A stretch of DNA of 42,943 nt from an uncultured bacterium (GCA_965365605.1 CBDUCI010000001.1:1-42943), one strand, 5' to 3'. Positions 15,524 to 24,234 are shown, counted from the first letter of the stretch. Made by a program: numbers and translations. The notes: generated by a model not told the origin, from the sequence alone.

Positions 15524-18500
15524 AATTCGTTCACCTGCACACGCACTCACAGTACTCACTGCTCGACGGCGCCAACCGCTTCGACAGAATGGTCGCCGCG
15601 ACGCGGCGGATGGGGATGGATGCGGTCGCACTCACTGACCACGGCAACTTGTTTGGCGCGGTCGAGTTCTATCAAGCCGCGCGGGACGGACAGGTCAAAC
15701 CGATTCTCGGCATGGAGGCCTACATCGCGGAGGGCAACCGTCGTGAGCGCGTCGGCCGTGCGGGCAGCTACTTCCACCTCGTGTTGCTGGCCGAGAACAA
15801 CATCGGTTGGCATAACCTGCTGAAGCTCTCTTCGATCGGCTACCTCGAGGGATTCTACTACAAACCACGCATCGACCACGAGACACTCGCCCAACACGCG
15901 GAGGGCTTGATCGGTTTGAGCGCGTGCCTAAAAGGTGAGGTGGCCATCCGGCTTGACCACGAGGATTACCAGGGAGCGAAGGAACGCGCCGAGCGAATGG
16001 CGCGTGTCTTCGGGCCAGATCGGTTCTTTCTGGAGCTCCAAGACCACGGCATCCCCCAGCAGGCCAAGGTAAACGTCGGCATCCTCGAGCTCGCCAACGA
16101 CCTCGGGTTACCGTTGGTCGCCACCAATGACGTGCACTACGAACGTCGCACGGATGCATCGGCCCACGACGTGCTTCTGTGCATCCAAACCGGCAAGCTG
16201 GTCGACCAAGAAGATCGCATGCGCTTTTACTCCGATGAGTTCTACCTGAAGAGCCCGGAGGAAATGGCTGCACAATTCGGGACTCATCCCGACGCGCTCG
16301 ATAACACCGCGTGGATCGCTGATCGGTGCAGTGTGGACATCGATTTCGACCGCGTTTTGCTGCCGGCCTTCCCGCTCGCCCCGGGGCACGCAACCCTCGA
16401 GGAGCTGCTGGAGTCGCAGGCGCGAGCGGGCCTGGAGGACCGCTACGAGCCGGTGCCACCCGAAGCTCGCGAGAGGCTCGACTACGAGCTCGACGTCATC
16501 CAGCGCACCGGCTACGCCGGTTATTTCCTGATCGTCGCTGACTTCATCGCCCATGCGCGTGAGAACGGGATCGCCGTCGGACCGGGCCGCGGCTCGGCAG
16601 CCGGCAGCCTGGTTGCCTACTGTCTTGGGATCACCAACATCGAACCGCTGCGTTACGGGTTGCTCTTCGAGCGCTTCTTGAACCCTGAGCGCATCTCGAT
16701 GCCGGACATCGATATCGATTTCCGAGACGACCGCCGCGGGGAGATCATCGACTATGTCAAGCAGAAGTACGGCGACCAGTCGGTAGCCCAGATCATCACC
16801 TTTGGCACAATGAAATCGAAAGCCGCCGTTCGAGACGTGGCGCGCGTACTGCAGCTTCCACTATCGGAGGCCGACCGGCTGGCGAAGATGATCCCAAATG
16901 CGCCAGGCTCTCCGCAGCCGCTGCGCATCGAAGAGGCGATCGAGCAGGTTCCGGAGATCGCGCAGGAATACAAATCGAGTGATCGTGTACGCCGCTTGCT
17001 CGACGATGCGCAAGCACTTCAGGGCCTAGCCCGACACGCCTCGGTTCACGCCGCCGGCATCGTGATCGCCCCCGACCGGCTCGTCAACTACGTCCCCCTC
17101 TATCGATCTGAGAAGAAGGAGCTAACCACCCAGTGGGACATGAACAGCATCGAGAAGGTCGGCCTGCTCAAGATCGACCTTCTCGGCCTGCGCACGCTCA
17201 CAGTTATCGACGACACCGTCGAGATGGTGGCTGAGCAAACCGGCGAGCGGATCAACATCGAGCGGCTATCGCTCGATGACCCGCTGCCATACGAGATGCT
17301 GGGACGTGGTCTTACGGACGGTGTCTTCCAATTCGAATCGTCTCTAGCTACCGATATCTGCCAGCGAATGAAACCCGACCGGTTTGAGGACCTGATCGCG
17401 ATCAACGCATTGATCAGGCCTGGCCCGCTCGACACGGGCATGACCGAGCGGTACATCCGGAGAAAGCGGGGCGAGGAGTCCGTCGACGCTTATCACACCG
17501 ACATCGAAGACCTCCTCGACGACACTTACGGCGTCATTACATACCAGGAGCAGGTCATGCAGATCGCGAACCGGCTGGCGGGTTTCTCGCTCGCCGAGGC
17601 AGATATCCTGCGCAAGGCGATGGGCAAGAAGATCCAGTCTCTGATCGACGAGCAGCTGGCCCGTTTTCGCCACGGAGCTCTGGAGCGCGGTTATCCGGAA
17701 AAAGTTGTCGACCGGCTGGTGACCGACATCGCCACGTTTGGGCGCTACGGGTTCAACAAGAGCCACTCCGCCGCCTACGCTCTGCTGTCGTACCAGACGG
17801 CCTATCTGAAGGCGCATCACCCACAGGAGTTCATGGCTGCAGTCTTGTCCAACGAGATGGGCAACACCGACAAGGTCGTGCGTTACATCGATGCCTGCCG
17901 TTCAATGCAAATCGAGATCCTGGGTCCCGACGTCAACGAGTCGGGCTACGCGTTCACCAAAGTCGACCGTGGCATTCGGTTCGGTCTCGGCGCGATCAAG
18001 AACGTCGGGCGGGGGGCCATCGAAACGATCATCGCCGCGCGCGCTGAGAAGGGCCCTTTCTCAAACCTCTACGAGCTCGCTGAACGGGTCGATCTTCGAC
18101 AGGCCAACAAGCGGGTGCTTGAGAGCTTGGTGCTGGCCGGTGCCTGTGACAATCTCGCCGGCCACCGGGCCCAGCAGATCACCGTGCTGGATTTGGCCAT
18201 CGGACACGGCCAACGGAAGGCTCACGAGCGCGCCCGAGGGCAGTTCACGCTCTTTGGCGGCGCGACCGGAGAAACGGACTCCACGTTGCCTCCTTTGCCG
18301 GATGTCGATCCGTGGCAGCCGGGGGAACAGCTGCGTCAGGAAAAGGAGGTCCTGGGCTTCTATATTTCCGGCCACCCGTTGGATAAGGTCCGTGCCCAGC
18401 TGGCGGCTCTCGCGCACCAGACGACTGCCGGGCTGGCCGACGAGCCGCACGGCCGAACCGTCACTTTGGCCGGCGTCGTGACTGCGGTGCGCGGGCTGCG

Positions 18501-18993
18501 TGACAAACGCGGCAACGACATGGCCTTCTTCACGCTCGAGGACTACAGCGGGACAGTGGAGGTGATCACGTTCAGTTCGATCTACGAGAACGCGCGCGCG
18601 CTCATCCACAGCGACACCCCGCTGCTGGTCAGCGGTCGGCTGGACCGCCGCGACGAAGAGACCGGCAAGATCATAGCGGACTCGGTAACGCCACTATCCG
18701 AAGCCGGTCATGCCAGCGACCATCGGTTGATAGTTAGGGTGCCGCCCGACAAGTGCGATCCGTCCACGTTGGCCGAGCTGAGAGCGCTGCTCGTTCGTAA
18801 CTCCGGTTCGATGCCGGTGCGCCTAAACGTAGACACCGGTGACTGTGACGCGGTGCTTTCGACAGCGATCTCGGTCGCTCCGAGCAACGGTCTGCTCGAG
18901 CCATTGACTGCTCTCCTGGGCGCCGACAACGTTCGACTGGAGGCGTCGACATCGGCGCCGCGAGGAAACGGCGGCCGCGAGCGGGAAGCATGA
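15520..18993 (+). CDS. dnaE: DNA polymerase III alpha subunit
   Basis: PHP-domain signature FVHLHTHSQYSLLDG; FGRYGFNKSHSAAYA; 1157 aa. The TTG start overlaps the upstream stop (TTGA). Confidence 0.97.
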   Translation: MKFVHLHTHSQYSLLDGANRFDRMVAATRRMGMDAVALTDHGNLFGAVEFYQAARDGQVKPILGMEAYIAEGNRRERVGRAGSYFHLVLLAENNIGWHNLLKLSSIGYLEGFYYKPRIDHETLAQHAEGLIGLSACLKGEVAIRLDHEDYQGAKERAERMARVFGPDRFFLELQDHGIPQQAKVNVGILELANDLGLPLVATNDVHYERRTDASAHDVLLCIQTGKLVDQEDRMRFYSDEFYLKSPEEMAAQFGTHPDALDNTAWIADRCSVDIDFDRVLLPAFPLAPGHATLEELLESQARAGLEDRYEPVPPEARERLDYELDVIQRTGYAGYFLIVADFIAHARENGIAVGPGRGSAAGSLVAYCLGITNIEPLRYGLLFERFLNPERISMPDIDIDFRDDRRGEIIDYVKQKYGDQSVAQIITFGTMKSKAAVRDVARVLQLPLSEADRLAKMIPNAPGSPQPLRIEEAIEQVPEIAQEYKSSDRVRRLLDDAQALQGLARHASVHAAGIVIAPDRLVNYVPLYRSEKKELTTQWDMNSIEKVGLLKIDLLGLRTLTVIDDTVEMVAEQTGERINIERLSLDDPLPYEMLGRGLTDGVFQFESSLATDICQRMKPDRFEDLIAINALIRPGPLDTGMTERYIRRKRGEESVDAYHTDIEDLLDDTYGVITYQEQVMQIANRLAGFSLAEADILRKAMGKKIQSLIDEQLARFRHGALERGYPEKVVDRLVTDIATFGRYGFNKSHSAAYALLSYQTAYLKAHHPQEFMAAVLSNEMGNTDKVVRYIDACRSMQIEILGPDVNESGYAFTKVDRGIRFGLGAIKNVGRGAIETIIAARAEKGPFSNLYELAERVDLRQANKRVLESLVLAGACDNLAGHRAQQITVLDLAIGHGQRKAHERARGQFTLFGGATGETDSTLPPLPDVDPWQPGEQLRQEKEVLGFYISGHPLDKVRAQLAALAHQTTAGLADEPHGRTVTLAGVVTAVRGLRDKRGNDMAFFTLEDYSGTVEVITFSSIYENARALIHSDTPLLVSGRLDRRDEETGKIIADSVTPLSEAGHASDHRLIVRVPPDKCDPSTLAELRALLVRNSGSMPVRLNVDTGDCDAVLSTAISVAPSNGLLEPLTALLGADNVRLEASTSAPRGNGGREREA

Positions 18994-20003
18994 CGACCGG
19001 AGCGTACCTCGACTTCGAGCGGCCGATCATCGAGCTGGAAGAGAAGATCGCCGAGATGGAAGCGATGGCCGAAGAGCGGGGCATCGACGTATCGGCGGAA
19101 TTGTCCACGTTGCAGGCCAAGCTGACTCGCCTCAAGGATGACATCTTCACCAACTTGTCACCCATTCAACGTGTTCAGCTGGCTCGCCATCCGAGGAGAC
19201 CCTACCCGCTCGATTTCATCGAACGGTGCTTTACCGATTGGATCGAGTTGCACGGCGACCGGGCGTACGCCGATGACCATGCGATGATCAGCGGGCTGGC
19301 CCGCTTCGATGGTCAACCGGTCATGGTCATCGGGCAACAAAAGGGTCGCGGCACCAAGGAGAACCTGCGACGCAACTTCGGCATGCCGCACCCGGAAGGA
19401 TACCGCAAGGCGCTCCGTCTGATGCAGATGGCCGAAAAGTTCGGCCACCCGATAATCACCCTTATCGACACACCGGGAGCCTATCCGGGGATCGGTGCGG
19501 AAGAGCGTGGCCAGGCAGAAGCGATCGCCTACAACCTGCGCGAGATGGCGGCGCTGCGGGTACCAACGATCTCGGTCGTCACCGGCGAGGGAGCATCCGG
19601 GGGCGCACTTGGGATCGGGATCACCGACCGCATCCTGATACTCGAAAACGCGTTCTATTCCGTGATCAGCCCCGAGGGTTGTGCCGCGATCTTGTGGAAG
19701 GACGGGGAGAAGCGCGATATCGCCGCGCGAGCGATGAAGATCACCGCCAACGACTTGTACGAGCTCGGCGTCGTCGATGAGATCGTCGGCGAGCCGATGG
19801 GAGGAGCCCACACCGACTACGCAGCGATCGCCCGGGCGGTGGACGACGCCGTTCGCCGGCACCTAGCCGAGATTGGTGCTTGGGACAGCGACGATCGCAT
19901 CAAACGCCGACAGGAGAAGTACCGGCAAATGGGCGCGTGGCAGAGCGAGGCAGGGATTCACGCCGCTCGCCGCGGCGACTCGCCGGCGCCAACGGCCCCC
20001 TGA
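18990..20003 (+). CDS. accA: Acetyl-CoA carboxylase carboxyltransferase alpha subunit
   Basis: LDFERPIIELEEKI, HPRRPY, IDTPGAYPG and GEGASGGAL motifs. The ATG overlaps the dnaE stop (ATGA). Confidence 0.95.
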   Translation: MTTGAYLDFERPIIELEEKIAEMEAMAEERGIDVSAELSTLQAKLTRLKDDIFTNLSPIQRVQLARHPRRPYPLDFIERCFTDWIELHGDRAYADDHAMISGLARFDGQPVMVIGQQKGRGTKENLRRNFGMPHPEGYRKALRLMQMAEKFGHPIITLIDTPGAYPGIGAEERGQAEAIAYNLREMAALRVPTISVVTGEGASGGALGIGITDRILILENAFYSVISPEGCAAILWKDGEKRDIAARAMKITANDLYELGVVDEIVGEPMGGAHTDYAAIARAVDDAVRRHLAEIGAWDSDDRIKRRQEKYRQMGAWQSEAGIHAARRGDSPAPTAP

Positions 20004-20482
20004 ACGAGCTCAGCCACCTCGACGCTGAGGGTCGAGCGAGAATGGTCGACGTCTCCGAGAAGGCGGTGACCCGGCGAATCGCTCGCGCCAGCGGGTCGCT
20101 GACGATGAGCGAAGATGCGCTGAATCAGCTCGCATCGGGTACCCTGCCAAAGGGCGAAGCACTGGCCGTCGCTCGTGTGGCCGGGATCCAGGCCGCCAAG
20201 GAGACAGCGCGTCTTCTCCCGCTTTGTCATCCGTTACCGCTCGACCATGTCGCCATAGACGCTGAGCTCGACTCACACTTGCCCGGGGTTCGCGTCACCG
20301 CGGAGGTGATCGCCACCGCACGAACCGGCGCCGAGATGGAAGCGTTGGTGGCTGTCAGCGGGGCACTGTTGGCGATCTACGACATGGCGAAGTCGGTCGA
20401 CCGATCGATGACGCTCAATGCGATTCGCCTCGAGGAAAAGAGCGGCGGCGCCAGCGGAACGTACCTCCGGGAGCCGGGCTAG
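20000..20482 (+). CDS. moaC: Cyclic pyranopterin monophosphate synthase MoaC
   Basis: LSHLDAEGRARMVDVSEK, LPLCHPL and TGAEMEAL motifs. The start is uncertain. The conserved N-terminus lies upstream of the first ATG (20042). CTG 20000 overlaps the accA stop as CTGA. Canonical alternatives are GTG 19937 and TTG 19880. Confidence 0.85.
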   Translation: MNELSHLDAEGRARMVDVSEKAVTRRIARASGSLTMSEDALNQLASGTLPKGEALAVARVAGIQAAKETARLLPLCHPLPLDHVAIDAELDSHLPGVRVTAEVIATARTGAEMEALVAVSGALLAIYDMAKSVDRSMTLNAIRLEEKSGGASGTYLREPG

Positions 20483-21048
20483 TGACCCGCTCGCGGATCG
20501 TAGCTGTTGTCGTGTTCGCCGCGCTGGCAGGATGTGACCAGCGCTCAGATGGCGAAGAAGTCGCCACCGATCGCGATTCCGAGCAAGCTGTGATGGTCGC
20601 CGACACTCAGTTTGTCGTGGACTCGTCGGGAGCGAATCTGGTCATCATCACCGGCCGAACCGATGTCCGCGAGTTCCGGCCGCGAAAGGGCTCTGGCGAT
20701 CCAAACGCACCGGATGCGTATCGCGAGCTTCCAGCCAAAACCGTGCACTCGATGCTGCAGGCCGCCCGCCCACCGTGGTTTATAATCGACGTCCGGACCG
20801 ACGATGAGTGGGTCGGTATGGGCCATCTGCCCGACGCGACGCTTTTCCCGCTCGAACAGCTGGAGAACAACATCGAGGACCTCCACATCCGCACCGATCA
20901 GTTTGTTCTGGTCTACGGCCGCGACACCGAGCACGGCAGAACGGCGGCACGTCTTCTGGCCGCCTACGGATTTCCCCACCTGCGCGTCTTGCGAGGTGGG
21001 TTCGGCGCCTGGCAACGGGCCGATCTGCCGACCGTGGAGCATCCGTGA
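20482..21048 (+). CDS. Rhodanese-homology-domain lipoprotein, catalytic Cys apparently absent
   Basis: Lipobox LAGC; C-terminal rhodanese fold (FIIDVRTDDEWVGMGHLPDA...VLVYGRDTEHGRTAARLL...GGFGAWQ). The active-loop position normally occupied by Cys reads Gly (VYG). Confidence 0.7.
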   Translation: MTRSRIVAVVVFAALAGCDQRSDGEEVATDRDSEQAVMVADTQFVVDSSGANLVIITGRTDVREFRPRKGSGDPNAPDAYRELPAKTVHSMLQAARPPWFIIDVRTDDEWVGMGHLPDATLFPLEQLENNIEDLHIRTDQFVLVYGRDTEHGRTAARLLAAYGFPHLRVLRGGFGAWQRADLPTVEHP

Positions 21049-22355
21049 AGCGGTCCGTTCCCGTTCTGCTGCTGGCTCTGGCGGCGTGTCTCGGCGACAG
21101 CGACACCCCACTGGGTCCGTTTCCCGATCGGGCGGTGGGTCTCAGGCTCGAGCGCATCGTCGCGATCGGCGATGGGTTTCTGGCCGGTGAGATAGACGGC
21201 GCCCTGTACACCGGTGGACAGGAACTGTCGATTCCGGCGCTGTTCGCGGCTCACGTCGGTGTGACCGATCTCTCGCAACCGCTGATCTCCGACCCTGGCT
21301 TGGCTACCGCCGGTGAGGACGGCGGGCGGTTGAGACTGGTCTCCGCGCAGCCACCGCTGGTCGAGCGCACGCCGACCAGCGGCACGCCGCTCGACCCCGA
21401 TCGTCCTGGACCATACAACAACCTCGGCGTCCCCGGTGCCCTCCTCAGCGAGGCCCCAACGGCACAAAGCCTGGGAACCTCAATCCTGGGCAATCGGTTC
21501 TACGATGTCGTGCTCCGCGGCCGGGGGACGTTTACCGAGCAGGCGGCCGAGCTCGAGGCCACGTTCATCCTGCTCTGGCTGGGTACCAACGACGTGTTGA
21601 CGTTCGCCCGTGCTGGCGGGGACCCCGAGTTCGCGCCAGGCTTACCGACGTCAGAAGCGACGTTCGGCCTGATCTACGGAGGGCTACTCGATGAGCTGCT
21701 GTCGGTGACCGATCAGATCGCGGTATTCAACATCCCGGATGTGACGCGAGTACCGTTTCTCAACACCGTCCCACCGGTCGCGATCAACCCCAAAACCGGT
21801 GAACCGTTTACGATCACCATCCTCGAGAGGGTTGTCGATCCGATTACCGGCGATACGTTGAGCGTCCAGCGCCAGATACCGGTCCCGCTTCGTGGTGAGA
21901 GTGGACCGCTCGCTTCCTCGGATCTCGTATCCCTGGAGGCGCGGCCGCTCCTCGGCGTGGGGGTCGGTGTGCCGATCGAACAGGGAGGACTCGGCATCCC
22001 GCTGCCAGACCGATTCGTCCTCGATGCCGACGAGCAGGCGCTCACCCGGCAGGCCGTCAACGGGTACAACGCGATCATCGCCAGACTGGCCAGTGAGCGC
22101 GGGTTAGCGCTGGTCGATGTTCGAACGATCGTCGATGCGATCCACGACGGAAGCCTCATCACCGATGGGATCCGTCTAACGGGCACGTATGTAACCGGCC
22201 AGGGGTTCAGCCTCGATGGCACCCACTTCACGCCCAAGGCCTACGGTGTAATCACGAACCGTTTGCTAGAAGCGGTAAACGCTCGCTACGGCAGCCGGCT
22301 GCCACCGATTCGGACTAGTGACCTCCCGGGCGTTCCCCTGATCTCTTTGCCTTAA
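21045..22355 (+). CDS. SGNH/GDSL-fold lipoprotein (block I reads GDG, not GDS)
   Basis: GTG 21045 overlaps the upstream stop (GTGA); lipobox LAACLG region. Block I AIGDGFLAG, block III WLGTNDVL, block V LDGTHFTPKAY. The track start at 20808 is an extension into the rhodanese gene. Confidence 0.7.
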   Translation: MKRSVPVLLLALAACLGDSDTPLGPFPDRAVGLRLERIVAIGDGFLAGEIDGALYTGGQELSIPALFAAHVGVTDLSQPLISDPGLATAGEDGGRLRLVSAQPPLVERTPTSGTPLDPDRPGPYNNLGVPGALLSEAPTAQSLGTSILGNRFYDVVLRGRGTFTEQAAELEATFILLWLGTNDVLTFARAGGDPEFAPGLPTSEATFGLIYGGLLDELLSVTDQIAVFNIPDVTRVPFLNTVPPVAINPKTGEPFTITILERVVDPITGDTLSVQRQIPVPLRGESGPLASSDLVSLEARPLLGVGVGVPIEQGGLGIPLPDRFVLDADEQALTRQAVNGYNAIIARLASERGLALVDVRTIVDAIHDGSLITDGIRLTGTYVTGQGFSLDGTHFTPKAYGVITNRLLEAVNARYGSRLPPIRTSDLPGVPLISLP

Positions 22356-22379
22356 GCTGCTGGACGCCCACGCGGGCGG

Positions 22380-23054
22380 TCAGTTTCTGCGGTCGAGTAC
22401 GACCTTCTTAGCGTTCAGCGGAAGGCGTCGGAAGGCACGCAGTGCATCGAGCCGGCGATCTTGTGGCAATGCTTCCAAACGATCGATAAAGCGCGCAGCG
22501 TGGCGTGCGGCTCCGCGATAACGCGCATCGAGGTCACCGTCCTCGTAAGCCACTTCCCAGCGGGTCACTGCTTGGTGGCGAACCCACTCCCGATCCGTCG
22601 CGGTGTAACTGTGGGCGAGACCGCGGACGAACAACCTCAGCAGAAGGTACGCATCGATCCGGGCCAGCATCTCGAGCTCGGTCAGGAAGTCGGGTTCGAC
22701 GACCCTCGAGGATCCCCCTTCAGCGAATGCATACGTCGTGTGAATCGCGTGGCTCAACTCCTCCGTCAACACCATGAACGGCAGCACGTTCTCGTCGCTC
22801 AAAGCACTACGGGGGTCGCTGTTCTCCAAGGTCGAGATCACCCGATCATCAAAAAACAAAGCGAGTCGCAGGTTTGCATCCTCCACATAAAAGAAAAACC
22901 GCGCCAGATCGGACATCTCGGCATGGCACGTCTGGCTTCGGATCACCAGCTCCGCGCATCGCTTCGGCCCAACGACACACGTCTCCAGATCGACACCCGT
23001 CTCTCGACCGTATGTCGTCTCGAACACACGTTGCAGGTCGCCGAGCAAAGCCAT
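22380..23054 (-). CDS. Hypothetical protein (second gene of an uncharacterised pair)
   Basis: Protein-like composition, Cys cluster C-x6-C-x9-CH near the N-terminus, EELSHAIH segment. Start options are ATG 23054, CTG 23063 (CTGA with the upstream stop) and GTG 23093. Confidence 0.6.
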   Translation of the reverse strand: MALLGDLQRVFETTYGRETGVDLETCVVGPKRCAELVIRSQTCHAEMSDLARFFFYVEDANLRLALFFDDRVISTLENSDPRSALSDENVLPFMVLTEELSHAIHTTYAFAEGGSSRVVEPDFLTELEMLARIDAYLLLRLFVRGLAHSYTATDREWVRHQAVTRWEVAYEDGDLDARYRGAARHAARFIDRLEALPQDRRLDALRAFRRLPLNAKKVVLDRRN

Positions 23055-23059
23055 CGTCG

Positions 23060-23785
23060 TCAGTTCCGAACCCGGTACATCGCTTGGCGACACAATCGAT
23101 CCGAACCGAGCGGCCGGCGACCCAGGTGCAGGTGTTCATCGACGAGATCGTTCAGCGCCTGACGCAGCACCGGGAACCGGTCCGCCATAAAGCCCAGCAC
23201 CTCGCCCAACGAGTGACGGCGCGCGATCTGAGAGCGCGACGCGGCTGCGTAGTGGAGACGTCCCATATCCTCGTAGTAAGCGAGGCTGACCGACCGCCTC
23301 CCATGGACTGAGCGGTAATAGATCCAGTCCGGGAAGACACCCGACAAAAACAGCGCCCGGTTCCCGATCTCGGCTTGTAGTGCAAACTCTTGCTCGGGAT
23401 CGCTCGCCTCAGCCATTTCGGATACCAGGTCGATCAAGTAGACCGACTCCGACGGTGGCTCGTTGTTGCTGCGACGCGTCTCGAGATGGTGCGACAGAAG
23501 TGCACCCACGTAGTCGGCGACGGCGCCGCCCTCATCGATTCCGTGCTCAAGAAATACGCGCCGTACGACGATGTAGTAGAAGAAAAACGGTGATACGTTG
23601 AGCAGTCGGGGGGCTTCAAGAAGGCGGGAGAAGAGCCGCGGGTCGTCGAGCAGTCGGTCCAGCGAGTCTGGGTCGTTGGTCAACTCCTCGAGCGGAGAGC
23701 GTTGCGATCCGTCCGGGTCGAGAGTCTCAACCAGAAAGTCGAGGTCCTCAGGGGTTAGACGCGCCCGGCAGTTTGCGTGAATCAG
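23060..23785 (-). CDS. Hypothetical protein (first gene of an uncharacterised pair)
   Basis: The track ORF starts at TTG 23683. The same frame is open and coding-like up to the moaE stop (…LTPEDLDFLVETLDPDGSQRSPLEEL-TNDPDSLDRLLDDP…), and CTG 23785 overlaps that stop as CTGA. No recognised domain. Confidence 0.55.
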   Translation of the reverse strand: MIHANCRARLTPEDLDFLVETLDPDGSQRSPLEELTNDPDSLDRLLDDPRLFSRLLEAPRLLNVSPFFFYYIVVRRVFLEHGIDEGGAVADYVGALLSHHLETRRSNNEPPSESVYLIDLVSEMAEASDPEQEFALQAEIGNRALFLSGVFPDWIYYRSVHGRRSVSLAYYEDMGRLHYAAASRSQIARRHSLGEVLGFMADRFPVLRQALNDLVDEHLHLGRRPLGSDRLCRQAMYRVRN

Positions 23786-24234
23786 GGGGGCTCACCTCCT
23801 CGCTCGCGTTCCCATTCGGGGTTCTCCTTCCAAACCCCACCATCCACGAAGACTTCCTTCTTCCAGACCGGCAGGACCGCCTTCAACCGATCGATCCCAT
23901 ACTCGCAGGCTGCGAACGCCTCGCGCCGATGCGGCGCGGACACCGCCACCAAGACACTCACCTCACCCACATCCACCGTTCCCAACCGGTGTGCGATCGC
24001 CAATCCGATCGTCTGCGGCCACTTGAGGGCAATTTCCGTACCGATCTCCTCCAGCGCGCGTTCCGCCAGCGGTGCATAGGCCTCGTACTCCAAGTGCCGC
24101 ACCGCCTTGCCCTCAAACGACTTACGCGTCGCACCGGCGAACACGGCTATGGCGCCCGCAGCGCTGTCGGCGACGCCACCTATCACCCCTGCTACGTCCA
24201 GCGGTCTATCAGTTATTTCGAATACCGTGCGCAT
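23782..24234 (-). CDS. moaE: Molybdopterin synthase catalytic subunit MoaE
   Basis: GAIAVFAGATR, HLEYEAY, SAPHRREAF and PVWKKE motifs; 150 aa. Confidence 0.9.
   Translation of the reverse strand: MRTVFEITDRPLDVAGVIGGVADSAAGAIAVFAGATRKSFEGKAVRHLEYEAYAPLAERALEEIGTEIALKWPQTIGLAIAHRLGTVDVGEVSVLVAVSAPHRREAFAACEYGIDRLKAVLPVWKKEVFVDGGVWKENPEWERERGGEPP

Noticed and set aside
14510-15631. 373-aa ORF antisense to the lipoprotein gene and the dnaE start
   Set aside because: It is a mirror ORF typical of high-GC DNA, with Arg/Pro/Gly-rich low-information sequence. The sense strand encodes a lipobox protein and the unmistakable DnaE N-terminus.
20808-21044. 79-codon N-terminal extension of the SGNH ORF
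   Set aside because: It overlaps the rhodanese gene out of frame and is Arg/Pro-rich. GTG 21045 gives a lipoprotein signal and a GTGA junction.
22356-22379. Weak hairpin CGCCC-acgc-GGGCG between convergent gene ends
   Set aside because: The stem is only 5 bp and there is no U-tract, so it is not sufficient to call a terminator.
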